Assembly: GCA_965203905.1 (NCBI GenBank) | Contig: CBDBDQ010000005.1 | Span: 960,001 to 1,024,000, forward strand | DNA: 64,000 nucleotides | Reading direction: 5' to 3' | DNA from: Spirochaetia bacterium | GTDB taxonomy: Bacteria > Spirochaetota > Spirochaetia > SZUA-6 > Bin103 | Made by a program: the position numbers and the translations under genes | Shown here: in pieces, positions 1 through 10,352 of the stretch | Numbering within the stretch: position 1 is the first letter of the stretch | Layout of the letters: every line of letters starts with the position of its first letter | The notes under the pieces: generated by a model | The model's database searches: none | What the model saw: only the letters and a program-made list of their open reading frames with translations | Told to the model about the DNA's origin: nothing

Positions 1-865
1 GCAGGGCGCCGAACAGCAGCGGCCCCATGGTGGGCAGGCCAAGCACCGCGGAGACGATCAGCTCACCGCCGAACAGCGCCGGCAGGAAGCCGCCCACGCC
101 GCTGACGATCGGGTTGAGGGCGATCCGCACCGGGTACTTGTAGAGCAGGGTGCGTTCGTCCAGCCCCTTGGAGCGCGCCGTGATCACGTACTGCCGCTGC
201 AGCTCGTCGAGCAGCGTGGCGCGCATGGTGCGGATCAGCCCCGCGGTGCCCGACATCGCCAGCACCAGGACCGGCACCGGCAGGTGCTTCAGCAGGTCCA
301 CGAACTTGGCGAAGCTCCAGGGCGCGTCGATGTACTCGCGCGAGAACAGCCCGATCACCCCCCACCCCAGGTACTTGGTGGCCAGGTAGAGCAGCACCAG
401 CGCGATCAGGAAGTTGGGCAAAGCCACCCCGACGAAGCCGAAGAAGGTGGCCACGTAGTCGCCGGTGGAGTACTGGTGGGTGGCCGAGTAGATGCCCACC
501 GGCATCGCCGCCAGGTAGACCAGCACGGTGGTGGCGAAGGAGAGCACCAGGGTCAGCGGCAGGCGCTGCCCGATCAGCGTGGTGACCGGGAGGTTCCACT
601 CGAACGACTGCCCCAGGTCGCCGCGGAACACCAGGTCGGACAGCCACTTGAGGTAGCGCACCGGCAACGGCAGGTCGAGACCGTACTGCTTGCGCAGCAA
701 GGCCACCGCGGCGTGGTTGATCTCGCCGCCGCGCTGCAGCATCGCCGCCATCACCGTGGACAAGTAGTCCCCCGGCGGCAACTGGATGATGATGAACGAG
801 GCCAGGGAGATGAGCAGCAGCAGCAGCACCATGTAGATGAAGCGCCGCACCACGTAGTGCGCCAC
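1..865 (-). CDS. ABC transporter permease (DppB/OppB family), truncated by the window edge
   Basis: Manual translation from GTG at 865: VAHYVVRRFIYMVLLLLLISLASFIIIQLPPGD...GDLGQSF...YVITARSKGL (EAA-loop region). Follows the binding-protein gene. Confidence 0.9.
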   Translation of the reverse strand, partial: MAHYVVRRFIYMVLLLLLISLASFIIIQLPPGDYLSTVMAAMLQRGGEINHAAVALLRKQYGLDLPLPVRYLKWLSDLVFRGDLGQSFEWNLPVTTLIGQRLPLTLVLSFATTVLVYLAAMPVGIYSATHQYSTGDYVATFFGFVGVALPNFLIALVLLYLATKYLGWGVIGLFSREYIDAPWSFAKFVDLLKHLPVPVLVLAMSGTAGLIRTMRATLLDELQRQYVITARSKGLDERTLLYKYPVRIALNPIVSGVGGFLPALFGGELIVSAVLGLPTMGPLLFGAL

Positions 866-898
866 CGCTCAGCTCCCCCGGGCGTCGGATCGGAAGCT

Positions 899-2860
899 CT
901 AACTCTTCCAGTAGAAGGTGTAGAGCCGCTCCGCCCGCATGCCGCCGATACGCGTCACCGGCAGCGAGGTGTCGACGTTGCCGAGGTCGGTCTTCCAGAT
1001 GATCGGCTTGCCGACGTAGCCCAGCACGCCGATCACCGGCACCGTATCCGCGACCCAGTCGTAGGCCTCCTTGAAGCCTTCGATCACCGTCTCCACCGGC
1101 ACCGTCTGGCGCGTGTTGTTGATCTCGAAGATGCGCTTGATCTGGTCCGGCGGCTCGATGCCGCCCTCGCCGCCGGTGGAGTTCCAGCGCCACCAGTCGT
1201 TGAAGGTGGCCCACGAGTTCCACCCCTCCAGGCCGCTGATCAGCATCTCCAGGGTGCTGGCGGGTCCGCCCACCTCCTGGCCGAACGCCAGCCATTCCTT
1301 GGAGATCAGCTTCTGCACCAGGGCGCCCAGCTCGCCGATGTTGAGGTTGACGCGGATGCCGACCGCCTCCCAGTACTCGGCGAGCAGCTCGGAGGACTTC
1401 ACCGTCATGGTGGAATTGTCGGCCACGTCGAAAGTGAACAGGAACGACTTGCCGCTGGGGGTCATGCGGTAGCCGTCGCCGTCGCGCGCGGTCATGCCCG
1501 TCGCGTCGAGCAGCGCGTCGGCCTGGGCCGGATCGTAGGCCGCGTAGGCGTTGCCCCACGCCTCGTCGTAGTAGGGCAGGTCGTGGTTGGCGGTCCACTG
1601 CATCGGGATGCCCAGCCCCTTGGCGATCAGCTCGTTCACCTCTTCGCGGTTGATCGCCACCGAGAGCGCCTGCCGGAACCGCTTGTCGGCCAGGATCGCC
1701 GCGATCTCGTCGTCGCCGTGGTAGTTCCAGTTGATGCGCAGGGCCACGTCGGCGGCGGTGCCGCCGGTCATGATGCGCGACTGGTAGCCGCCGGCATCCT
1801 CGTTGTCGCGGATCACCGGGTAGTCGTCCAGCGACAGCGCGTAGGAGGCGATGTCGAACTCGCCGTTGATGGTGCGCAGCAGGTTGGACTGGCCGTCGCC
1901 GATGTACACGCCAATGAACTTGTCGATGTAGGGGAGCTGGTTGCCGGCGGTGTCCACCTTGAAGTAGTAGGCGTTGCGGTCGAACACCGCCCCGCTCGGG
2001 CTCGACTCCTGGATCACCCACGGACCGACCGCGGGCACGCCCACCTTGCGCGGGCTCAGGATGCCGATGATGCGCCGCGAGTTGAAGTGCTGGTACCAGT
2101 GATCGAAGCCCGCTTCCTTGGCCAGGTCGCCGGCCTCGTCGTTGTAGTCGGCGTGCCACTCCTGGTAGACGTGCTTGGGCAGGAACGCGGTGCCGCCGAT
2201 GCCGTAGTTGGCGAAGCCGGACATCATGTACGGCGCCATGAAGTAGGGAGCGTCGTAGGTGAACTGCACCGTGTACTCGTCCAACGCTTCGATGGTCTCG
2301 GGGATCTTCATGCGCAGGAACTCCGGCAGCACGCCGCCGTCGAAGGTGCCCAGGATCTCCTGGTTCTTGTTGACGTCGTTCCAGAAGAAGGTGACGTCCT
2401 CGGCCACCAGCGGCTCGCCGTCTGACCAGCGCACGCCCTCTCGCAGGCGCAGGGTGAGGCTCATGCCGTCCTCGGCCATGTCCCAACTTGCCGCCAGGTT
2501 GGGCAGCAGCGTGTCACCGGTGGCGTAGTCGTAGCCGATCAGCGGCTCGCTGACGCCCTCCACGCCCGGTTCCCAGCCGCGCGGGTTGCTGATCTGCAAC
2601 GCCAGCGATCCGCCGTAGGTGCCGATCGCCTCGATCGGTTCCACCACCACCGGTTCCAGCGGCAGCCGTTCCTCCACCGCTGGCAGCGTGCCCGCTGCCA
2701 CCAGCGCGGCCAGCATGGGTGCTTCCGAGTATTTGCCCATCGCCGCCGGAGCGGCGCCGGCATCGGAGGCCGCGTCCTCCTGGCCGGTAGCCGAAGCGAA
2801 CACGGCGGCCGCCAGGGCCAGCGCCGCACCGAGGGTCAATATCTTCAACGACATAGTCAT
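899..2860 (-). CDS. ABC transporter substrate-binding protein, family 5 (peptide/oligosaccharide)
   Basis: Signal peptide; LPAVEERLP, YGGSL, PNLAASW, LREGVRWSDG and RFRQALSVAINR motifs. The true start may be the second ATG at 2854. Confidence 0.92.
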   Translation of the reverse strand: MTMSLKILTLGAALALAAAVFASATGQEDAASDAGAAPAAMGKYSEAPMLAALVAAGTLPAVEERLPLEPVVVEPIEAIGTYGGSLALQISNPRGWEPGVEGVSEPLIGYDYATGDTLLPNLAASWDMAEDGMSLTLRLREGVRWSDGEPLVAEDVTFFWNDVNKNQEILGTFDGGVLPEFLRMKIPETIEALDEYTVQFTYDAPYFMAPYMMSGFANYGIGGTAFLPKHVYQEWHADYNDEAGDLAKEAGFDHWYQHFNSRRIIGILSPRKVGVPAVGPWVIQESSPSGAVFDRNAYYFKVDTAGNQLPYIDKFIGVYIGDGQSNLLRTINGEFDIASYALSLDDYPVIRDNEDAGGYQSRIMTGGTAADVALRINWNYHGDDEIAAILADKRFRQALSVAINREEVNELIAKGLGIPMQWTANHDLPYYDEAWGNAYAAYDPAQADALLDATGMTARDGDGYRMTPSGKSFLFTFDVADNSTMTVKSSELLAEYWEAVGIRVNLNIGELGALVQKLISKEWLAFGQEVGGPASTLEMLISGLEGWNSWATFNDWWRWNSTGGEGGIEPPDQIKRIFEINNTRQTVPVETVIEGFKEAYDWVADTVPVIGVLGYVGKPIIWKTDLGNVDTSLPVTRIGGMRAERLYTFYWKS

Positions 2861-2863
2861 CCG

Positions 2864-2892
2864 ACCCTATAACCGAACCCACCCCCTGTCAA
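2864..2892 (-). promoter_or_regulatory. Sigma-70-type promoter TTGACA-N17-TAGGGT for the ABC operon
   Basis: Perfect -35 (2887-2892), 17-nt spacer and TAnnnT -10 (2864-2869) immediately upstream of the start codon. Confidence 0.7.
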
Positions 2893-2912
2893 ATTCCGCC
2901 TTGCTGCCGTCC

Positions 2913-4262
2913 CTATTCCCCGGAGTCGGTCGCAGGGCTGTCCCAGGATCCGAGCTGCCGCGCGCGCCGGCTCAGGTTGTTGGGAAGCACCCCGAGCGCC
3001 GCTGCCGTGCGCTTCACCGAGCGTCCGTGGAGTTCGAACTGGCGCTGCAGGTAGCGGCGTTCGAGTTGCCGTTTCGCCTCCGCCAGCGGCAACGTACACG
3101 TGAACGGGTCGTCGCTGTCGTTTACGCCGCCGGCGGCCGCCCGGTCGATGTGTGCCGCCTCGATCACCGGCGCGTCCTCCAGCACCAGCACGCGCTCCAC
3201 GATCGTCTTCAGCTCGCGCACGTTGCCGGGCAGGGGCAGCGCCTGCAGGCGGCCTGCCGCGGCCGGGCTCAGCGCGCGCGGCTGCACCCCCAGGCGCGCC
3301 GCCAGCGAGGTCACGAAGCTTGCGGCCAGGGGCACGATGTCCTCGCGCCGCGAGCGCAGCGGGGGAACCCGCAGGCGGATCACGTTCAGGCGGAAGTACA
3401 GATCGCGGCGCAGCGTGCCGGCGCCGACCGCCCGCTCCAGGTCCACGTTGGTGGCGGCGATGATACGCGCGTCGACCGTGGCCACCGCGCTCGCGCCCAC
3501 GCGCTGCACCTCGCCGGAGTCGAGGAACCGCAGCAGGCGCGTCTGCGCCGCCGGCGGCAGCTCCGCCACCTCGTCCAGGAACAGGGTGCCGCCGGCGGCG
3601 GCCTGGAGCTTGCCCGCGTAGTCCGCATCGGCCCCCGTGAAGGCGCCCCTGGCGTGCCCGAACAGCTCGCTCTCGATCAGGCTCTCCGGCAGGGCACCGC
3701 AATCCACCTTCACCAATGGCAGCGCGCTGCGGCGCGACAGTCCGTGGATGTAGCGGGCCGTGACCTCCTTGCCGGTGCCGCTCTCGCCGGTGATCAGCAC
3801 CGCGGAATCGGTCGCCGCCACCTTGCGCGCATCCTCGGCCAACGCGCGCATGCTGTGCGACGCGAACACCGGCACGCAGTCGGCCAGGGCGGCCAGACGC
3901 ACGCGCCGGAAGCGGGCGGCGTTGCCGACCGTGATCGCCAGCCGCTCGGCGGTCAACGGTTTCTCGAGGTAGTCGAACGCGCCGCTTCGCACGCAGTCGA
4001 CCGCCTCCTCCGCCGACGCCACTCCCGACATGATCACCACCGGTACCAGGGGATGCTCGGCCAGCAGGCGCTGCAGGATGTCCTGCCCCTTGACGGTGCC
4101 CAGGTACAGGTCCAGCAGCACCACGTCCACGTCCGCGGACAGGGCGCCGGCCCAGCCGGGCAGCGCCGCGACGCGCGCCGTCATGCCGCGCCGCGCCAGC
4201 ACCATGGAGACACTGCGGCCGACGTTGGCGTCGTCGTCGACGATCAGCACGGTGGTGGTCAT
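2913..4262 (-). CDS. Sigma-54-dependent response regulator (NtrC/NtrX family enhancer-binding protein)
   Basis: Receiver domain (VLIVDDD, VLLD, KP), Walker A GESGTGKE, intact GAFTGA, FLDEV, RRDLYFRLNV, PGNVREL, C-terminal Fis-like HTH. Confidence 0.95.
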   Translation of the reverse strand: MTTTVLIVDDDANVGRSVSMVLARRGMTARVAALPGWAGALSADVDVVLLDLYLGTVKGQDILQRLLAEHPLVPVVIMSGVASAEEAVDCVRSGAFDYLEKPLTAERLAITVGNAARFRRVRLAALADCVPVFASHSMRALAEDARKVAATDSAVLITGESGTGKEVTARYIHGLSRRSALPLVKVDCGALPESLIESELFGHARGAFTGADADYAGKLQAAAGGTLFLDEVAELPPAAQTRLLRFLDSGEVQRVGASAVATVDARIIAATNVDLERAVGAGTLRRDLYFRLNVIRLRVPPLRSRREDIVPLAASFVTSLAARLGVQPRALSPAAAGRLQALPLPGNVRELKTIVERVLVLEDAPVIEAAHIDRAAAGGVNDSDDPFTCTLPLAEAKRQLERRYLQRQFELHGRSVKRTAAALGVLPNNLSRRARQLGSWDSPATDSGE

Positions 4263-5401
4263 GGCACTCCGCCTTCGGGGAATGCCAGGGTCACGGCCGT
4301 GCCCTGTTCCGGCTGCGAGTGCAGCGTCACGCGCAGGTCGTGGGCGGCGGCGACCTTGCGCACGAAGCTCAGGCCGACGCCCATGCCGTTCACCTTGGTG
4401 GTGTAGTAGTCGTCGAAGGCACGGCGCTGCTGCTCCGGGGTCATCCCCGCGCCCTCGTCGTGCACCGTGACCGCCGCCGGGTGGTCGTTCACCGCGACGC
4501 TGACGGAGCCGCGGCCGGCAGCGGCGTCGACGGCATTCTGAATCAGGTTGGCCAGCGCCTGCTCCAACAGGGTGCGGTCGGCGCGCACCAGCACCGGGCC
4601 ACCGGACGCCTCCACCCGGACCGCCGGATAGCTGGCCGCAAGCCGCCGTACCAGGAGCGCCAGGTCGAGGTCGGCAGGAACCGGCTCCGGGAACCGGTAG
4701 AGAGTGGCGAAGCGGTCCAGAACCGCCTCCATCCTGGCCGCTTCCTCGTGCAGCATGGCGCCGATCGAGCGCGCGACGCGCGCCGGCGGCGCCTGTGCCA
4801 GCTCATCGGCGCCGAGCCGGATGGTGGTCAGCGAGTTGCGGAACTGGTGCGCCAGAAAGCGGCCGATGTTGGCCCGCTCCAACTGCGTGATCCGCTCCCG
4901 ATGGCCGCGCAACGCGGTGACCAGGCGGTTGAAGGTACACTGCAGCGCGCGAATCTCGCGCGGGCCGCGCGCCGGCAGGTCGATGGGTGACGGGTCTTCG
5001 GTGAGCCGCTGCAGGTGTTGGGCCAGGCTCGTCAGCGGCGTGATGACCCAGCGGAACGAACCGAACCACAGCACCGCTCCCGCCAGCAGCGCCAGCAGCG
5101 CCGCGACCACCACGCTCACCGCCACGGCGCGGCTTACCGCCGCCTGCACCACCTCGGCGCCGGCGAGCAGGCCGCCCGCCGCATCGAGCTGCCGCGAGGC
5201 ATCCTCCAGCAGCGTCCGGGCATCCGCCGCCTCGGCGGCATACGCCTTGCGCACGGCGTCGTGCGCCGCCTGCAGATACCCGGCGGCGCGTACGGCGTCG
5301 GTGGGATCCGACAGGCGCTGTATCGAGCCGACCGCCGCCAGCGTCACCGCGGCGACCGCAACGAGGGTCGCCCCGATCAGTCCGAACGCGTATCCTCTCA
5401 T
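4259..5401 (-). CDS. Membrane sensor histidine kinase with HAMP domain (NtrY-like)
   Basis: Two TM segments, HAMP, H-box LAHQFRNSL, N-box NLIQNA, DEGAGM, YYTTK..GMGVGL. Overlaps the regulator start by 4 bp. Confidence 0.93.
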   Translation of the reverse strand: MRGYAFGLIGATLVAVAAVTLAAVGSIQRLSDPTDAVRAAGYLQAAHDAVRKAYAAEAADARTLLEDASRQLDAAGGLLAGAEVVQAAVSRAVAVSVVVAALLALLAGAVLWFGSFRWVITPLTSLAQHLQRLTEDPSPIDLPARGPREIRALQCTFNRLVTALRGHRERITQLERANIGRFLAHQFRNSLTTIRLGADELAQAPPARVARSIGAMLHEEAARMEAVLDRFATLYRFPEPVPADLDLALLVRRLAASYPAVRVEASGGPVLVRADRTLLEQALANLIQNAVDAAAGRGSVSVAVNDHPAAVTVHDEGAGMTPEQQRRAFDDYYTTKVNGMGVGLSFVRKVAAAHDLRVTLHSQPEQGTAVTLAFPEGGVP

Positions 5402-5419
5402 GGCTCCCTGTGTCTCGAT

Positions 5420-5962
5420 TCAATCGTCTTCCGTGTCACGGAGTGGCCGTGCCCCCTCCTCGGGGATCAGCACCGACGTGCTCGGCACCACCCCGGACCA
5501 CAGTGTACCGGGAGCGTCACCGTCGCGAACGTCGGGCAGCGAGGCGCGCGCCTTGATGACCGCCAGACCGGAGCCGACCGGCCCCAGCGTCACGGTTGCC
5601 GAGCCAAGCAGCTCCGCCGCCGTCTCCAGGGATCGGGCCCACTCCACCCGGCCGCCGCGCTGCACCTCGTAGCGCCCGCTGAGGCTGTGGTACCGGATCA
5701 GGTTGCGGCTCACCATCCGCAGCTTCCTGCCGGAGCGCGGGAAGTAGCGGAACTCGAAGTCGATCGCCACCAGCGCAGAGCGCTGGATCAGGTCGCGCAC
5801 CTCATCGGTAAGGAAGTCGTGCAGCTGCACGCTGATGGTGATGCCGCCGGCGGCGTCGATCCGCACCTGCGGCGACTCCAGTCCGACCTCGACCACGCCC
5901 ATCAGGCCCAGCGACACCGCGGCGGAACGCAGCAGGCCGTCGAGCACGGATCCCAGGTCCAC
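5420..5962 (-). CDS. Exported protein, possibly DUF4390-like accessory protein of the two-component system
   Basis: Hydrophobic N-terminus, IRYHSLSGRYEV segment, and position directly upstream of an NtrY/NtrX-like pair. Confidence 0.5.
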   Translation of the reverse strand: MDLGSVLDGLLRSAAVSLGLMGVVEVGLESPQVRIDAAGGITISVQLHDFLTDEVRDLIQRSALVAIDFEFRYFPRSGRKLRMVSRNLIRYHSLSGRYEVQRGGRVEWARSLETAAELLGSATVTLGPVGSGLAVIKARASLPDVRDGDAPGTLWSGVVPSTSVLIPEEGARPLRDTEDD

Positions 5963-6064
5963 CCCTCAACTCCGCGTGCGGGCGCGCACGCCACCTCGTA
6001 CCAGCCCGTGGCGAAACTCCGGCTGAATTCGAGCGGCGATCCAGCCCGGTTCCACCACCGGCCG

Positions 6065-6834
6065 CTATTCCCAGCGGAACAACGCGGCCGACAGCGCCGT
6101 GCCCACCACCAGCATACCCAGCAGGATCGACCCGGCGCCCCAGTCCCATCCGACGCCGAACCACAGGTCCTGCAGCAGTCGAACCACCTGGGTGAGCGGC
6201 AGCCACCCGGCAATCTCGCGCACGTTCTCCGGCATGGTCTCCAGCGGCATGGCCGCCCCGGAGAGAAACATCAGGGGGAAATAGATCGCCATCCCGACCG
6301 CCAGCGCCACGCGATCGCTCCGTACGACGCTGGCAATGACATAGCCGACCGCAACGAACGCCAGTGTGCTCAAGGCGAAGCCGCCGAGCATCGCGAGCCA
6401 GCTACCACCGAAGCGCAGCCCGAAGACCAGCTTCGCGACGAGAATCAGCAGCACCATTCCCACCACGGCAGTGCCGAAGTGGACGCTCACGTCCGCGGCG
6501 AAGTAGACGATCGGACGCAGGGACGTGACCTGGTACCGGCGCAGCAGCTTCTGTTTTCGGTCCGTCGCCGTAACGTTCGGGATCGTGATCAGCGCAACGG
6601 TGCCGATCACGATCGCGGCCAGGGCGGGCACCGTGGCATCGATGTAGCCGAACCCGGGCGGGGAGAACGGGCTGCCCGGTTCGTTGCCCCAGATGAAGCC
6701 GAACAGGAGCAGCAGCAATACAGGAAACGCGACAGTAAAGAACACCGCGATCGGCTCGCGCAGAAACCGTTTGAACTGGACCGACGCCAGTCGCGCGTAG
6801 GAGTGTAGGGCAGTCGCCGGACCCGTTGCCGCCA

Positions 6835-6835
<1 letters not shown>
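6065..6835 (-). CDS. ABC-2 type exporter permease
   Basis: About six TM helices; FLREPIAVFF, PLMFLSGA, LPLT motifs. Confidence 0.92.
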
Positions 6836-7749
<914 letters not shown>

Positions 7750-7756
7750 CGGTCGC

Positions 7757-8617
7757 TCAATAGTGGAACTGCGGGCCGATCCAGACCCAGAAGTTGTGCC
7801 CCTGCACGTCCGCCGGCGGCTCGGGGATACGCTTGTGCACGCCGGTCTCCGGCCGCCATTCCTCCAGTGCGTGGTGGCCGTTTACCCCTGCCTCGATGCC
7901 CAGCTTGAACACGTTGCGGCCGCCGTCGAGGCCGATCTGCAGGCCGGCGTAGGCGCCGCCGAGCAGGCTGGTGCGGGTCCACGAGTTGGCGCCCGCGGTT
8001 ATGCCGAGCGTGTCGGTGAGCACCTGGCGCCGGTTCATGCCGTAGCGCAGCGACTCGAAACCGAGCCCGGCCTTGATCCCGGTCTGCAGGTAGAGGCTCG
8101 GCGCGAGCGTCCACTTGTACTGCGCGATGCCGGCGAAGTAATGCTGTCCGTACCCGGCGTAGCTGTGGTAGTCGTCGTACCCGTCGCCGTCTTCGTCGAC
8201 CGTGTCCCGCGGTCCCAGCGGATCGACCGCGTGGCGGGCGAAGCCGAGCACGTCCTGGCCGAAGCCGGCGTACTCCGCGCCGAACTGCAGGTTGCCGTCC
8301 ACGCTCCAGCGCCAGGTGCCTCCGCCGCCGTCCTTGAGCGGGATGAAGAATTCGCTCATCGCCTCGTAGGAGCCGAGCCGCTCGAAGTAGGCGTTGAGGT
8401 CGGCCACGCCGGGCATGTAGCGCAGTGGCCAGAACGGACCGCCGCCGAACCCCGAGTCAGGCGCTCTGCGCGATGCAACCGGGGCCTCGCGGTCCAGCTT
8501 CTCGTTGATCTGTTCCAGCACTGCCAGGATGTCGACGGTCGAAACCTCGTCTTCGTCGGCGGCGGCAGCCATGACCAGCGCGGTGCCGACTGCCGCCGCG
8601 AGTAGTACTCTGTGCAC
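7757..8617 (-). CDS. Secreted hypothetical protein, predicted outer-membrane beta-barrel
   Basis: Signal peptide, amphipathic Gly/aromatic-rich strands, C-terminal WVWIGPQFHY, a DEDGDGYDD loop, and a GGAGG SD. Confidence 0.65.
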   Translation of the reverse strand: MHRVLLAAAVGTALVMAAAADEDEVSTVDILAVLEQINEKLDREAPVASRRAPDSGFGGGPFWPLRYMPGVADLNAYFERLGSYEAMSEFFIPLKDGGGGTWRWSVDGNLQFGAEYAGFGQDVLGFARHAVDPLGPRDTVDEDGDGYDDYHSYAGYGQHYFAGIAQYKWTLAPSLYLQTGIKAGLGFESLRYGMNRRQVLTDTLGITAGANSWTRTSLLGGAYAGLQIGLDGGRNVFKLGIEAGVNGHHALEEWRPETGVHKRIPEPPADVQGHNFWVWIGPQFHY

Positions 8618-8637
8618 CGTGAACCTCCGTTCACCAT

Positions 8638-8654
8638 ATGCAAGACCCGTGCCA
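8638..8654 (-). promoter_or_regulatory. Sigma-54 (-24/-12) promoter TGGCACGGGTCTTGCAT
   Basis: Exact TGGCAC-N5-TTGCA consensus about 20 nt upstream of the 8617 start; a GAFTGA activator is encoded in the same gene run. Confidence 0.85.
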
Positions 8655-8716
8655 CATGAGCGCTACGGCGAGCGCGGGCGCCGCACGGCGCTTTGCCCCG
8701 GTGTGCGTACGGCGGC

Positions 8717-8755
8717 GGCTATCATCAACGATTCGGCGCCTATCTTCAGCGATAC
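8717..8755. promoter_or_regulatory. Tandem putative upstream activator sequences (ATC-N6-GAT x2, 21-bp period)
   Basis: ggctatcatcaacgattc / gcctatcttcagcgatac (14/18 identical), about 65-100 bp upstream of the -24 element. Confidence 0.55.
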
Positions 8756-8826
8756 TCGATCCGCGGAGCAACCTTCGTGACGGATCGGGGTCCGCGGAAT
8801 GCCGTGAACACCTGCCGCGCCGGGGA

Positions 8827-9708
8827 TCAGCCTGCCCGCTGATAGTCGCCGGCGGCGTAGCGGAAGGTGGCCAGCTGCTCGCCGGGCGCGAGGCGACCCT
8901 TGTCCTGCTCGGAAGGCGGCCGGTACTCGAACCAGGTCTCGCCCGCGGCGTAGGGCATCTGCCGCCGTTTGCGGATACAGGCGCGCAGCACCTTCTGCTT
9001 GGCCACGACGTACTCGCGCGTGTACGGGCCGTGCTCCCACTCCACGTGCACGGTGTGGAACGTGTAGTACACCACGCGCCGCAGCTTGGACGACTCGTTG
9101 GGAGGCGAGCCATGCAGCAGGCGGACGTTGTGCAGCAGCACGTCGCCGGCCTTCAGCAGCACCGGCTGCGCCCCCTCGGTGGAGAAGCCGTCGCGGTTCA
9201 GACGCGCGATCGCGTCCCTGGTATACGCGTCGGACCAGCGGTGGCTGCCCGAAATCACCCATATGCAGGTATCGCGGTCGGCATCGTCGAGGTAGAAGTC
9301 GGCGATGAACACCGGCGGCTCGGAGGGATAGTCGTCGGTGCTGGCGCGATCCCGGTGCCAGGGCACGGCGATCCCCTGTCCCGGCATCTTCAGCACCATG
9401 GCGTCCTGGGTGGGAAACAGGTCCGGTCCCGCGATCGCCTCTACCGCGCGCAGCACCTCGGGATGCCCCATCATGGCGCGCGCCGCCGGCGACTTGTCGA
9501 CTACGTACTGGATGCGGCGCAGCACCTCGGAGCCGTCCAGGTGGCCGCTACCGAACAGGAAGTCCACCAGGCCCGGACGCGCCTGGTGGGTGAGCCCCTC
9601 CATGTCGGCGCGCATCGCCGCCAGCTCGGCGTCGCCCAGCATGCCCGGAAGGACCAGCCAGCCACGCTCTCGAAAGCTGTCTACCTCACGGTCCGTCAAT
9701 CGTTCCAT
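8827..9708 (-). CDS. Phytanoyl-CoA dioxygenase (PhyH) family Fe(II)/2-oxoglutarate oxygenase
   Basis: FRERGWLVLPG, WHRD (HxD), LHGS..N...R motifs; AGGAG SD. Confidence 0.9.
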   Translation of the reverse strand: MERLTDREVDSFRERGWLVLPGMLGDAELAAMRADMEGLTHQARPGLVDFLFGSGHLDGSEVLRRIQYVVDKSPAARAMMGHPEVLRAVEAIAGPDLFPTQDAMVLKMPGQGIAVPWHRDRASTDDYPSEPPVFIADFYLDDADRDTCIWVISGSHRWSDAYTRDAIARLNRDGFSTEGAQPVLLKAGDVLLHNVRLLHGSPPNESSKLRRVVYYTFHTVHVEWEHGPYTREYVVAKQKVLRACIRKRRQMPYAAGETWFEYRPPSEQDKGRLAPGEQLATFRYAAGDYQRAG

Positions 9709-9748
9709 GCGACTCCTTGTACCCTACCCGGCCGCCCTCGTCAAACTT

Positions 9749-10017
9749 TTATGCCCCAGGGCGCGACACCCCATCGAGTTCGGCGAGCGCGTCACCGAGA
9801 GCTGCAAGGCCGCACACGCGTACCCCTTCTCTGGTCTCATCGCGTGTACCACCGTAGACTAGGGTTCCCCGGCTCCGCAGCGGCGACTCACCGAACACCG
9901 CGGTGAAATGTCGGAAGGCCTTGAAGAAGCCGGTGTTCAACGTCTGTCCGGACTTGACTTCGATGGGATGCGGGATATGACCGGAGCGCAGCAGCAGGTC
10001 GATCTCGTTTCCCGCGG
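9749..10017 (-). pseudogene. 3' fragment of an AAA_14-DUF4143 type gene
   Basis: GNEIDLLL...PIEVKSGQT, the C-terminal nuclease-like motif only; no ATPase part and no plausible start. Confidence 0.7.
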
Positions 10018-10019
10018 CC

Positions 10020-10237
10020 TTGGTAGATGCGGTGCGCGCGGTGCTCGGCGAGGCGATCGCAGCCGGCGGCACCACGCTGCGCGATTCCGCGACGTGGCCG
10101 GCACCCCCGGCTACTTCGTCACCAGCCTGGCGGTGTACGGGCGCGCCGGCCAGCCCTGCCGGCGCTGCCGGACGCCCCTCAAGCAGATCCGCATCACCGG
10201 CCGCAGCACCTGCTACTGCCCCCGCTGCCAGCGCTGA
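10020..10237 (+). pseudogene. mutM: 3' fragment of formamidopyrimidine-DNA glycosylase, frameshifted
   Basis: LVDAVRAVLGEAIAAGGTTLRD, a one-base loss near 10086, then RDVAGTPGYF...VYGRAGQPCRRC...GRSTCYCPRCQ (Fpg zinc finger). Confidence 0.85.
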
Positions 10238-10352
10238 ACCGGGACACCGCTTCGCGCCCGCCGGCGCGAGTCACGGCCGACTACGCCTTCCTTCGACCAG
10301 TTCCATGAACCAGAGGGTGCCTCCCCGGGGGTGTCGGAATGTCCACATCTTC

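Noticed and set aside
5975-6010. TGGTAC...GGC as a second sigma-54 promoter before the DUF4390-like gene
   Set aside because: GG-GC spacing is 9 nt rather than the required 10.
8619-8634. GTGAAC-GGAG-GTTCAC hairpin over the SD as a CsrA site
   Set aside because: The sigma-54 geometry puts +1 at about the loop, so the 5' arm would mostly not be transcribed.
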